The notes under the pieces: model-generated
Databases searched by the model: none
What the model was told of the DNA's origin: nothing
What the model saw: only the letters and a program-made list of their open reading frames with translations
Part shown: positions 1 to 8,675 of the stretch, piece by piece
Numbering within the stretch: the stretch's first letter is position 1
How the letters are laid out: each line of letters begins with the position of its first letter
Assembly (NCBI GenBank): GCA_963805825.1
Contig: CAWDVO010000027.1
Coordinates: 1 to 59,543 of the forward strand
Direction of reading: 5' to 3'
Length of the DNA: 59,543 bases
Source: Candidatus Brocadiaceae bacterium
Lineage (GTDB): Bacteria; Planctomycetota; Brocadiia; SM23-32
Program-made: the position numbers and the translations under genes

Positions 1-4
1 CCTT

Positions 5-790
5 TCACAGTCGCCACAGCGCCTGCTCGACGCTGTCCGCCGTCACCTCGTAGGTCCGCCCGTCGATGACCTTCACGTAGGGCTTCTCGCCGTGGATCGG
101 CAGGCGGCCGCGGGAGACGCGCTCCAGGCGGGCGACCACCGGCGGCTCGAGGCGGTAGGGCTCGATCTTGCCGATGAGCTGCAGGCACTCGGCGCTGCGG
201 TCGGCGATGAGGCGGTGGGCCACGTCGGCCGAGAGCAGCCGGCCGCCCTCGACGCCCAGGTCCTGCTTGACGCGGGCGGTCAGGATGCCGGGGATGAAGT
301 CCTCCGCCTCCGCGCACGCCTTCGCGCCGCCGGTGCAGAGGACGGTGGGCACGCCGTGCTCGCCGGCTATGGCGGCCTCGACGCCGATCTCGCCCATCCG
401 CCGCCCGTTGATCCAGAAGTTCTGCCACGCCTGCGAACTCATCGTGTGCTCCAGGATGGCGTCCGGCGTGCCGGCCATCGCGTGGAAGCCGAGCAGCACG
501 AGGGCGTCGCAGTCGCCGATGCCGGCCAGCCGCTCGCGGCCGGTCTCGCCCATGATGTACTCGGCGCGCGGGTCGAGTTCCTCGTAGACGAAGTTGGCCC
601 CGCGCCCGCCGTGGGCGTCCTTGACGACCACCTCGGTGGCGCCGCCGGCGAAGAGGCCCTCCACGCAGGCGTTGACGTCCTGCGTGAGCATGCGCCGTCC
701 GGCCTGATAGAGGGGGGCGCTGTCCATCACGTGATCCCGCAGGCAGACGCCGCTGGCGCCTTCCATGTCCGTCATGACGAAGATGCGCAT
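5..790 (-). CDS. D-aminopeptidase DppA-like (peptidase M55 family)
   Basis: 261-aa ORF. N-terminus MRIFVMTDMEGASGV and overall pattern are typical of M55 D-aminopeptidases. Confidence 0.6.
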   Translation of the reverse strand: MRIFVMTDMEGASGVCLRDHVMDSAPLYQAGRRMLTQDVNACVEGLFAGGATEVVVKDAHGGRGANFVYEELDPRAEYIMGETGRERLAGIGDCDALVLLGFHAMAGTPDAILEHTMSSQAWQNFWINGRRMGEIGVEAAIAGEHGVPTVLCTGGAKACAEAEDFIPGILTARVKQDLGVEGGRLLSADVAHRLIADRSAECLQLIGKIEPYRLEPPVVARLERVSRGRLPIHGEKPYVKVIDGRTYEVTADSVEQALWRL

Positions 791-835
791 GGTGTGTCTC
801 CTGGTCAGTTAGAGCGCCCGAGGGCGCTGCAGGGC

Positions 836-940
836 TTGTCATCCCGAGCGGCGACTGGCCGCGAGGGATCTCAATGCTGAGATCGCCGAGGCTCGTGCGA
901 TTGAGATTCCTCGGTCGTCCTGAGGCGACCTCGAAATGAC
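836..940. repeat. MITE/REP-like palindromic repeat element, copy A
   Basis: Terminal inverted repeats TGTCATCCCGAG...CTCGAAATGACA enclose the core GAGGGATCTCAATGC...CGATTGAGATTCCTCGG, which has an internal inverted repeat ATCTCAAT/ATTGAGAT. A second copy lies at 23069-23178. Confidence 0.6.
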
Positions 941-994
941 AGTCTGTCGCGCGCGACAGTCCCGCCGCCGGAGAGAGCATACGCCGCCCGCGCG

Positions 995-1020
995 TGCGTT
1001 TCAAACGCGTTCCAAACGCA
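995..1020. promoter_or_regulatory. 26-bp imperfect palindrome TGCGTTTCAAACGCGTTCCAAACGCA (candidate operator) upstream of the fusA-like promoter
   Basis: Contains the perfect 13-bp palindrome GCGTTTCAAACGC. The whole 26-mer is near self-complementary around CGCG. Confidence 0.35.
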
Positions 1021-1028
1021 AACTGGCC

Positions 1029-1057
1029 TTGCGTTCGGCCCCCGTTCCGTGTATACT
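1029..1057 (+). promoter_or_regulatory. sigma70-like promoter: -35 TTGCGT, 17-bp spacer, -10 TATACT
   Basis: The -10 is at 1052-1057 and the -35 at 1029-1034, about 160 bp upstream of the EF-G start. Confidence 0.35.
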
Positions 1058-1217
1058 ATAGTCTTCTTCGGGCGATTCCCCCCACGTTTTGCCTTCCTGG
1101 CAGCGGGGCATCTTCTCTCGCCGATACTCTGCGGGAACCGTGCACGTTCGGTTCGGCCGGATGGGCACGGAAGGGGAGCGTCCGTTCGTTTATGGGAACC
1201 AACCCAAGAGAATACCG

Positions 1218-3329
1218 ATGAGCGTCTTGGAAGTGGCGGAAAAGCACGATACCGAGCTGAGCAGGCTGCGCAATATGGGCATCATGGCCCATATTGACGC
1301 GGGCAAGACCACCGTGGCCGAGCGCGTCCTCTACTACACCGGTCGCACCCATCGCATGGGCGACGTGGACGACGGCAACACGACCATGGACTGGATGGAC
1401 CAGGAGCAGGAGCGCGGCATCACCATCGTGAGCGCCGCGACCACGACCTCCTGGCGCAACCACCGGATCAACCTGATCGACACGCCCGGGCACGTCGACT
1501 TCACCGTCGAGGTGGAGCGTTCCCTGCGCGTGCTGGACGGCGTGGTGGCGGTCTTCTGCGGCGTGGGCGGCGTGGAGGCGCAGTCGGAGGTCGTCTGGCG
1601 CCAGGCGGCCAAGTACGGCGTGCCGGCCATCGCCTTCGTCAACAAGATGGACCGCGTCGGCGCGGACTTCGAGCGCGTGCTCACCGAGATCAACGAGCGC
1701 CTCGGCGCGCAGCCGGTCGCGGTGACCGTGCCCGTCTTCGAGGGCGGCGCCTTCGTCGGCATCCTGGACCTGGTCGCCCGCAAGGCCGTCTACTACAACG
1801 ACGAGGACCTGGGCGCCACCTTCCGCGAGATCGACATCCCCGAGTCCCTCTCCGCCGAGTTCGAGCGCTGGCACCACAAGCTCATCCACGACGTGAGCGA
1901 GGCGGACGAGGTGCTCTTCGAGAAGTACTGCCTGGACGAGCCGATCACCGAAGAGGAGCTGCGGCGCGCCCTGCGCCGGGCCACCGTCAGCGGCCAGCTC
2001 GTGCCCGTGCTCTGCGGCTCCGCCCTGAAGAACAAGGGCGTGCAGAGGCTGCTGGACAGCGTGGTGGACTACCTGCCCTCGCCGCTGGACCTGCCGCCGG
2101 TGAAGGCGCACCGCCCGGACGGCGAGGCCGTCCAGCGCCGCCACAGCGTGGAAGAGCCCCTCACGGCGCTCGCCTTCAAGGTCGTGACCGACCGCCACAG
2201 CGGCGCCCTGACCTACATCCGCGTCTACTCCGGCCGGCTCGAGGTCGGAAGCTACGTCTACAACGCCACCAAGGGCAAGCGCCAGCGCATCAGCCGCCTG
2301 ATGCTGATGCACGCCGACCGCCGGGAGCCGTGCGAGGCGCTCTGCGCCGGCGAGATCGGCGTGGCCGTCGGCCTGGCGGACACCGTTACCGGCGACACCC
2401 TCTGCGACGAGGGCGAGCCGGTGCTGCTGGAGGCCATCACCTTCCCGACGCCCGTCCTGTCCGTGAGCATCAAGCCGGGCTCCAGCAGCGAAAAGGACCG
2501 CCTGGGCACCGCGCTGGCCTGCCTGGCGGCCGAGGACCCGACCTTCACGGTGGGCTTCGACGTGGAGACCAGCGAGACCATCGTCAGCGGCATGGGCGAG
2601 CTGCACCTGGAGGTGTTCGTCGAGCGCCTGCGCCGCGAGTTCAACCTGAAGCCGGAGGTCAGCCCGCCCCGCGTGGCCTACCGCGAGACCATCCGCAAGC
2701 CGGCCCAGATCGTCCACAAGCACGTCAAGCAGACGGGCGGCCACGGGCAGTATGCCCACGTGGTGCTGGAGGTCCGGCCTCTGGAGCCGGGGAGCGGCTT
2801 CGAGTTCACCGACGAGGTCAAGGGCGGCAACGTGCCGAGGGAGTACATCCCGGCCGTCGAGCGCGGCGTGCGCGACGCCCTGGCCGAGGGCGTGCTGACC
2901 GGCTCGCCGGTCGTGGACGTGGGCGTGACCCTGGTCGACGGCAGCTACCACGAGGTGGACTCCTCGGACCTGGCCTTCCGCACCTGCGGGCGCGACGCCT
3001 TCAAGCGCGGCTTCCTGGAGGGCAAGCCGGTGCTGCTGGAGCCGGTCTTCTCGCTGAACGTGGTGGCGCCGGAGGAGTTCAGCGGCGCCGTCACCGGCAG
3101 CATCTGCCAGCGCCGCGGCCGCATCCTGGCCGTGGAGCCGCGCGGCAACACCGGCGCCCAGATCATCAAGGGCATGGTGCCGCTGGCGGAGACCTTCGGC
3201 TACGCCACCGAGGTGCGCAGCATCACGGGCGGCCGGGCGGGCTTCGACATGCGTTTCGAGCGCTACGAGCCGGTGCCGGGCAACCTGGCCGAGGAGATCA
3301 TCAAGGCGCGCCGGGCGGAAAAGGCATAA
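1218..3329 (+). CDS. fusA: elongation factor G (stand-alone copy, EF-G2-like)
   Basis: AHIDAGKTT G1 motif, DTPGHVDF, NKMDR and a full EF-G domain pattern (703 aa from M at 1218). It is not adjacent to rpsL/rpsG/tuf, so it is probably a paralog. The antisense 922-aa ORF is a GC shadow. Confidence 0.9.
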   Translation: MSVLEVAEKHDTELSRLRNMGIMAHIDAGKTTVAERVLYYTGRTHRMGDVDDGNTTMDWMDQEQERGITIVSAATTTSWRNHRINLIDTPGHVDFTVEVERSLRVLDGVVAVFCGVGGVEAQSEVVWRQAAKYGVPAIAFVNKMDRVGADFERVLTEINERLGAQPVAVTVPVFEGGAFVGILDLVARKAVYYNDEDLGATFREIDIPESLSAEFERWHHKLIHDVSEADEVLFEKYCLDEPITEEELRRALRRATVSGQLVPVLCGSALKNKGVQRLLDSVVDYLPSPLDLPPVKAHRPDGEAVQRRHSVEEPLTALAFKVVTDRHSGALTYIRVYSGRLEVGSYVYNATKGKRQRISRLMLMHADRREPCEALCAGEIGVAVGLADTVTGDTLCDEGEPVLLEAITFPTPVLSVSIKPGSSSEKDRLGTALACLAAEDPTFTVGFDVETSETIVSGMGELHLEVFVERLRREFNLKPEVSPPRVAYRETIRKPAQIVHKHVKQTGGHGQYAHVVLEVRPLEPGSGFEFTDEVKGGNVPREYIPAVERGVRDALAEGVLTGSPVVDVGVTLVDGSYHEVDSSDLAFRTCGRDAFKRGFLEGKPVLLEPVFSLNVVAPEEFSGAVTGSICQRRGRILAVEPRGNTGAQIIKGMVPLAETFGYATEVRSITGGRAGFDMRFERYEPVPGNLAEEIIKARRAEKA

Positions 3330-3330
3330 A

Positions 3331-3353
3331 GAGGCCCGCCGGGGCCTTTTTTC
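3331..3353 (+). terminator. rho-independent terminator (AGGCCCGCCGGGGCCTTTTTT)
   Basis: GC hairpin followed by a T6 run immediately after the fusA stop. Confidence 0.7.
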
Positions 3354-3382
3354 CCCTGCTTCGGTAGGTATAATGAAGTAGG

Positions 3383-3843
3383 ATGATCGCGGGGGAGGAC
3401 TATGCCATGAGGGAGCACCACGTGCGTCAGCGGTTGCGCAAGCACGTCTCGGACCTGGCGGACACCGTCGAAGCGGTGGCGCGCAAGGTGCCGTGTGTGT
3501 GCCGCATATCGGGCGCCGCGCGGCCGCGCGTGAACGTCTACGAGGCGCCGGACGCCCTGGTCGTGCGGGCGGAGGTGCCGGGCGTCTCCAGGGAGAACCT
3601 GGAGGTGCGCCTCGTCGGCGGCAAGCTCCAGATCCGCTGTCGGCCGGACGCCGGCCAGTATGAGACGTATACCTGCCTGGTGCGCGAGAGCGATCTGGCG
3701 AGTATTCCCGCGAGGTCGCCCTGCCCATCGCCATCGACGAGGAGGCCGACATGACGGCCGTCCTGACCGACGGCGTTCTCACGGTGAGGCTCAGCAGGCT
3801 CCCGCTGCACCGGGGGAAGTCCATAAACGTGGAGGCGCGCTGA
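3383..3843 (+). CDS. Hsp20/alpha-crystallin small heat shock protein with apparent frameshift near 3660
   Basis: The N-terminal part is in frame 2 (PRVNVYEAPDALVVRAEVPGVSRENLEVRL). The C-terminal part is in frame 1 (RERSGEYSREVALPIAIDEEADMTAVLTDGVLTVRLSRLP), matching Hsp20 C-terminal consensus. Either an indel error or a pseudogene. Confidence 0.6.
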
Positions 3844-3889
3844 GGGCGGCGCGCTTGCGCCGACCGCGCCAGCGAGAAAGGAAAGCCTA

Positions 3890-4117
3890 ATGGTCAGTAA
3901 GGAAGACGTTGCCCGAGTGATCGAGGATATCCGCGGATCGCTGCAGTCCCACGGCGGCGACATCCAGCTTATCGACGTGACCGAGGACGGCACGGTCAAG
4001 GTCCAGCTCCAGGGCGCCTGCAAGGGCTGCCCGATGGCCACCATGACCATCTCCCGCGGCGTCGAGGCCAGGCTCAAGAAGGAACTCCCCGAGGTCAAGG
4101 AGGTCGTCCCCGTCTAA
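3890..4117 (+). CDS. NifU-like (Nfu-type) Fe-S cluster assembly domain protein
   Basis: 75 aa. GGDIQLIDV...CKGCPM motif, typical of the NifU C-terminal/Nfu domain. Confidence 0.75.
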   Translation: MVSKEDVARVIEDIRGSLQSHGGDIQLIDVTEDGTVKVQLQGACKGCPMATMTISRGVEARLKKELPEVKEVVPV

Positions 4118-4158
4118 GACGGGGAGCCCGTCTGAGACGGGGCAACCGTCTGAGGCGG
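4108..4158. repeat. three tandem copies of the palindromic motif CCGTCT-N-AGACGG overlapping the nifU-like stop
   Basis: CCCCGTCTAAGACGGGG / CCCGTCTGAGACGGGG / CCGTCTGAGGCGG. A fourth copy lies inside the following terminator stem. Confidence 0.5.
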
Positions 4159-4182
4159 CCCGGACCACGGTAGTGCATTGCG

Positions 4183-4227
4183 CAGGAGACGGCGGGCAGG
4201 TATGCTCTCCGTCTCCTGCCTTTTTGT
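4183..4227 (+). terminator. rho-independent terminator (stem GCAGGAGACGG...CCGTCTCCTGC + TTTTT)
   Basis: 11-bp stem, 15-nt loop and a T5 run, downstream of the nifU-like gene. Confidence 0.7.
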
Positions 4228-4254
4228 ACCTCGACCCCGACGGAGGCGACGCGC

Positions 4255-5937
4255 GTGAGGCGGCCGATCTCGATCTACTGCGACTGGGCGATGCACGACG
4301 AGCTGGGCGACACCGTGCAACTGACCGAAGAGCTGACCATGCGGGCGCTCGATGCGCTCGAACGCTGGGCCGCGCTCGGCGTCTCCTTCGACTACTACCT
4401 CTTCGACTGTTTCTGGTTCGAGTCGCCCGGGGACTACACGAGTTTCAAGGCGGACGCCTGGCCGGAGGGCCCCGGCCGCGCCCTTGACCGCATCCGCGCC
4501 CTCGGCATGCTGCCCGGTCTCTGGCTGGACACCACGGGCGGCCGGGTCAGCGGGCACGGGCCGTGGAAGGAGAGCCTGAACGTCCACGACAACTGGTCCT
4601 ACTGCCTCTTCGACGGTCCGTACGGACAGGGCCTGCAGGACGGCATGCTCCACGCCTGCGCGGAGTGGGGCGTGCGGATGTTCAAGTTCGACTTCGCCAA
4701 CTTCTACGCCGTCAGCCCGCGCTTCGCCCGCATGGACGCCGGCGAGGCCTACGCCCGCAACGTGGAAGCCTTCCGTGCCATCCTGCACCGCGTGCGGGCG
4801 CAGTACCCGGACGTGGTCATACTGGCCTACAACGGCTTCGCCTACGGCCGCGACTACCTGGGCGACACGACGCAGGCCGTCGTCCCCGGCATCGAGGACC
4901 ACTGGCTGGACGTCATCGACTACATCTACAGCGGCGACCCGCGACCGGCCGACGTGCCCTGCACCTCGCTGCGCCGCGCGGTGGACATGTACCAGGACCA
5001 CATGGTCTGCAAGTTCCTCCGCAGCGGCATCCCGGCCGGCCGCATCGACGACCACGGCTGCATGGTCGGCACGACGAACACGATCTACTACATGGGCAGG
5101 CAGGGCGTGCGCCGAACCTGGGTCCAGTCCCTGGGCAGGGGAGGGCGCAAGGCGCACTTCTACGGCGACCCGACGCTGCTGGACGACGGGGACGCGCGCT
5201 TCCTCGGCGCCGCGCGGGCGCTGTTCTTCGACCTGTTCGAAGGGGAGGCCGTAACGCGACCGGTGGGCGGTGTGCCCAGCCAGTCGCCGTGGCACGGCTT
5301 CCAGACCGGCAGCGTGCAGGACGGCCTGCTGGTGCTGGTCAACAGCACGGCCGAGCGGCAGGAGGCCCGGCTGCAGGCGAGGGACCTGGCGGAGGCGCGC
5401 GTGCTCTTCCACGACGAGGGCTTCGAGCCGGAGTGCGCTGTCGAGGCCGGCGGCCTGACCGTGACGCTCGCGCCGGAGCAGATGGCGCTGGTCGGGCTCG
5501 GGCGGAAGGCGGCGGAGGAGTGCGTGCTGGGGACGAACGTTGGCGGGGACACTGTCAGCGCCGCCTCGCGCCGCATCGATCTGGCGTTTGAGGCCGGGCT
5601 ATGTAGGGTAGCCGGCGCGGAGTTGGCGCGTGCCGCCGAGGGCTTCGATGCCCTGCGGCTCTCGTTCCGCTTGCGCCGCAAGGGGACGGCCGTGCGCACG
5701 GCTGCACCGCGGGACATTCCCGTCTGCGAGTCGCTCCGCATCGAGGTCGAGGCCGACGGCCGCCCGGTCGCCGCGCGGCGGATGGTGCCGGACGTGAAGG
5801 TCTGGTCCGGCAGCTCCTGGGTGACCGGCCTGTATGCGCTGGAGGACCTGCGCGGCGCGGGGGAGGCAGTGGTGCGCTTCACCTGTCCCGATACGGACGC
5901 GACTGTCATGCCCGAGGCGTGGGCTCAGTCGCTCTGA
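4255..5937 (+). CDS. hypothetical protein, possible clan GH-D-like glycoside hydrolase (alpha-galactosidase-like TIM barrel)
   Basis: 560-aa ORF with GTG start and GGAGG RBS. The motif GVRMFKFDFANF resembles the KxD catalytic region of GH27/36-type enzymes. The assignment is weak. Confidence 0.3.
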   Translation: MRRPISIYCDWAMHDELGDTVQLTEELTMRALDALERWAALGVSFDYYLFDCFWFESPGDYTSFKADAWPEGPGRALDRIRALGMLPGLWLDTTGGRVSGHGPWKESLNVHDNWSYCLFDGPYGQGLQDGMLHACAEWGVRMFKFDFANFYAVSPRFARMDAGEAYARNVEAFRAILHRVRAQYPDVVILAYNGFAYGRDYLGDTTQAVVPGIEDHWLDVIDYIYSGDPRPADVPCTSLRRAVDMYQDHMVCKFLRSGIPAGRIDDHGCMVGTTNTIYYMGRQGVRRTWVQSLGRGGRKAHFYGDPTLLDDGDARFLGAARALFFDLFEGEAVTRPVGGVPSQSPWHGFQTGSVQDGLLVLVNSTAERQEARLQARDLAEARVLFHDEGFEPECAVEAGGLTVTLAPEQMALVGLGRKAAEECVLGTNVGGDTVSAASRRIDLAFEAGLCRVAGAELARAAEGFDALRLSFRLRRKGTAVRTAAPRDIPVCESLRIEVEADGRPVAARRMVPDVKVWSGSSWVTGLYALEDLRGAGEAVVRFTCPDTDATVMPEAWAQSL

Positions 5938-5961
5938 GTGGCGCGGGCGTTGCCGTTGGGC

Positions 5962-6090
5962 CTTTTCTTACTCTTTCTCTTACTCTTGCTCTTTCTCTGC
6001 CGTTGCCGTACGCCTTGCCCAAGCAGCGGAGAACGGCCCAATGCGAAGGGCAGAGCAAGAGTAAGAGAAAGAGTAAGAGCAAGAAAAGAA
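5962..6090. repeat. long imperfect inverted repeat of CT-rich / GA-rich tracts (mirror hairpin) between convergent genes
   Basis: The arm CTTTTCTTACTCTTTCTCTTACTCTTGCTCTTTCTCTG pairs with GCAGAGCAAGAGTAAGAGAAAGAGTAAGAGCAAGAAAAG. Locally low GC (~45%). The small ORFs inside are symmetric artefacts. Confidence 0.55.
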
Positions 6091-6142
6091 GGAGCCGGAC
6101 GCCTGGCGCCCGGCCCCTTGACTGCCTCTACCCGCTCTGGCG

Positions 6143-7460
6143 TCACTTGCCCTTGATGTAGGGCGACTTCTTGACGGCCGTGGGGACCTTGACCGTCTTG
6201 TAGCGCATCGTGGAGTAGTGGGGGATCGCCACCGGACCGCCGATGGTGGAGATGAACTCGTCCACGAACTCCTGCGTCGGCCCCATCAGGCCGTTGATGT
6301 ACTTCGTCGGCACGCCGCGGTCCTTCGCGGCGATGTTCTCCAGGTTCGTCAGGGCCGTGGTGGTCACGCCGCCCTTGCGCTCCAGGACGACCGACTTCTT
6401 CGTCTCGCCGCCGACCATCGCCCGCACGGCGTCGAAGCCGACGCGGTACGCCTCGGAGGCGTCCGACTCGGACATCATGCAGCTACGCTGGATGTGCTGC
6501 GGGTTGAGGACGACCTCCTTGACCTTGCCCGGGATGGCGTCGACCTTCAGCTCGCTGGTGGCCAGCTCGGCCAGGAAGACGGCCGGCGAGAAGGACGCCG
6601 GCGCGCCCGTGCTGGATGTTGCCGTGGGCGTCGTAGACCACGTCGGTCCCGTAGACCTCGGCGATGCTCTTCTTGGCCTGCTTGTCGGTCAGGTCCTCCT
6701 GCACGACGACGACGCAGTGGCCGATGCGCGTGAGCACGTCGTCCATGGCGTCCAGGAAGGCCTGCTTGTCGAAGAGGACCTCTTTGCACAGGATGATGTG
6801 CGGGGCGCGGTCGGCGACCATGTCGCCCTTCGGGTCGACGCGGGCGAAGGCGGTGCCCTGCGCGAGCCAGCCGGCCTTGCGGCCCATCACCTGGTAGATG
6901 ATGGCGGGCGCGGTGCTGAGGCCCTGGACGCGCTTGCGGCCGACCTGGAAGTTGCCCATCACGGCGTAGGAGCCGAAGTCGTTGGTGACGTTCTTGATGG
7001 CCGTGGCGTTGTAGAGCGCGGCGCTGCCGAAGCCGGGGCAGTGGTGGGTGGCGGGCAGGTCGTTGTCGACCGTCTTGATGGCGTGGATGCCGGCGATGCC
7101 GGCGACCTTGGTCAGGCCCAGGAGCTGGTCGGCGCTGTCGTTGCCGCCGATGTAGACGACGCCGTCGATGCCGAACGCCTTCAGGTTCTCGGCGATCTTG
7201 GCGTACTCGGCCTCCTTCGGCTTGATGCGCGTGGTGCGCAGGCCGGCGCCGGGGCCGTTGAAGACGAACGACATCGGGTCCATCTCGGTCAGGTCGACGA
7301 CGTTGCCGGCGATGTTGGCGTTCAGCAGGCCCTCCAGGCCGTTGATCATGCCGTAGACCTGGATGCCGGCCTTCTGGGCGGCGTCGATGATGCCGGCCAC
7401 TTCCCAGTCGATGACGGGCGTCGGCCCGCCCGACTCGCCCACGATGATGCGGGTAACCAT
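6143..7460 (-). CDS. pfp: pyrophosphate-dependent 6-phosphofructokinase (PFK-A family, PPi-type) with apparent frameshift near 6598
   Basis: N-terminus MVTRIIVGESGGPTPVIDWEVAGI, then GGNDSAD and TVDNDL motifs. The C-terminal 111 aa (MMSESDASEAYRVGFDAVRAMVGG...) lies in a -1 frame after GNIQ. Confidence 0.8.
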
Positions 7461-7541
7461 CTGAGGAACCCTCCGCCTAAGAGTGTGGATTGCGCCCCGG
7501 GAAAGATGCGGCCGCGGTGGCAGTCCTGCGGCCGTCCCTAC

Positions 7542-7547
7542 TATAAT
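7542..7547 (+). promoter_or_regulatory. perfect -10 TATAAT upstream of hgcA (weak -35)
   Basis: The sequence CCCTACTATAATCCAAC lies about 58 bp upstream of the hgcA ATG, in the divergent region shared with pfp. Confidence 0.3.
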
Positions 7548-7604
7548 CCAACGCATGGCGACCCGCAAATGTCCATCGGATACACCCCGATCAGGTAGGC
7601 GGCG

Positions 7605-8633
7605 ATGACTGAGGAAGCCTCCAAACAAGGCGGACCGGCGGCCGTTGTGACCGGTGTCTGGACGGTCCGAGACCGGCTTGGCGCCGCGCTGGCGCGCTGC
7701 GCGGTGGGGCGCATGCACTACGCCGTGGCGCCCGGCCTCTACGCCATCGGCCGGCCGACGCCGGACTCACCCGTCTTCGTCTCCGCCAACTACAAGCTCA
7801 GCTTCGACCACCTGCGCCGCGCGCTCGCCGGCCGCGACGGCTGGATACTGGTGCTTGACACGAAGGGCATCAACGTCTGGTGCGCGGCGGGGAAGGGGAC
7901 GTTCGGCACCGAGGAGGTGGTGGCACGCGTCGAGGCGGTGGGGCTGGGCGACGTCGTCTCGCACCGCAAGCTGATCCTGCCGCAGCTCGGCGCGCCGGGC
8001 GTGAGCGCGCCGGAGGTGCGGAAACGGACGGGCTTCCACGTCGTCTACGGCCCCGTGCGGGCGGCCGACCTGCCCGCGTTCCTGGACGCGGAGATGCAGG
8101 CGACGCCCGAGATGCGGCGCGTGCGGTTCGGGCTGCGCGACCGGCTGGTGCTGGTGCCGGTGGAGGCGGTGCTGGGCGGGCGTTCGGCGCTGCTCGTCGC
8201 GCTCGGGTTCCTCGTGCTCGGCGGGCTGGGGCCGGGCGTGTGGGCGGTGGGGCGGATGCTAAGCGACGGCCTGCGCAGCGCGGTCCTCTTCCTCATCGCG
8301 TTCCTGGCCTCGGTGGTGCTCACCCCGGCGCTGCTGCCGTGGCTGCCGGGGCGGGCGTTCGCGCTGAAGGGCGCGTGGATCGGTGCGGCGCTCGACGCGG
8401 GGTTGGTCCTCTTCACCCGTGCGCACCCGGGCTACTTCGGCGGCCAAGTGTCGCTGGCCGGCTGGCTGCTCATCATCCCCGCGCTGGCCAGCTTCCTGGG
8501 CATGAACTTCACCGGCTCGTCCACCTACACCTCGCTCTCCGGCGTGCAGAAGGAGATGCGGACGGCCGTGCCGCTGCAGGCGGCCTGCGCGCTGGGCGGC
8601 GTCGCGTTCTGGTTGGTCGGGCGGTTTGTGTGA
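7605..8633 (+). CDS. hgcA: mercury methylation corrinoid protein HgcA
   Basis: The cap-helix signature GINVWCAAGKGTF (N(V/I)WCA(A/G)GK) is present. Flanking motifs GRMHYAVAPGLYAIGRP, SPVFVSANYKLSFD, ILVLDTKG, LILPQLGAPGV, YGPVRAADLP and a C-terminal multi-helix transmembrane domain all match HgcA. Confidence 0.9.
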   Translation: MTEEASKQGGPAAVVTGVWTVRDRLGAALARCAVGRMHYAVAPGLYAIGRPTPDSPVFVSANYKLSFDHLRRALAGRDGWILVLDTKGINVWCAAGKGTFGTEEVVARVEAVGLGDVVSHRKLILPQLGAPGVSAPEVRKRTGFHVVYGPVRAADLPAFLDAEMQATPEMRRVRFGLRDRLVLVPVEAVLGGRSALLVALGFLVLGGLGPGVWAVGRMLSDGLRSAVLFLIAFLASVVLTPALLPWLPGRAFALKGAWIGAALDAGLVLFTRAHPGYFGGQVSLAGWLLIIPALASFLGMNFTGSSTYTSLSGVQKEMRTAVPLQAACALGGVAFWLVGRFV

Positions 8634-8675
8634 CGCCGCCCGTTCGGGCATAATGGGGGTGGAGGAGATGAGACG

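Noticed and set aside
1056-3824. 922-aa ORF antisense to fusA, and similar long antisense/out-of-frame ORFs (9396..11675+, 24391..26244+, 35208..37133-, 48652..49797+, 51268..53754+)
   Set aside because: These are typical high-GC shadow ORFs. Their translations are Arg/Ala/Gly/Pro-rich and lack any domain pattern, and each lies opposite a well-supported gene.
5919-6161. Small ORFs (72-80 aa) inside the CT/GA mirror hairpin on both strands
   Set aside because: They are mirror images generated by the inverted repeat itself (poly-Leu/Ser versus poly-Lys/Arg/Ser). No independent coding evidence.
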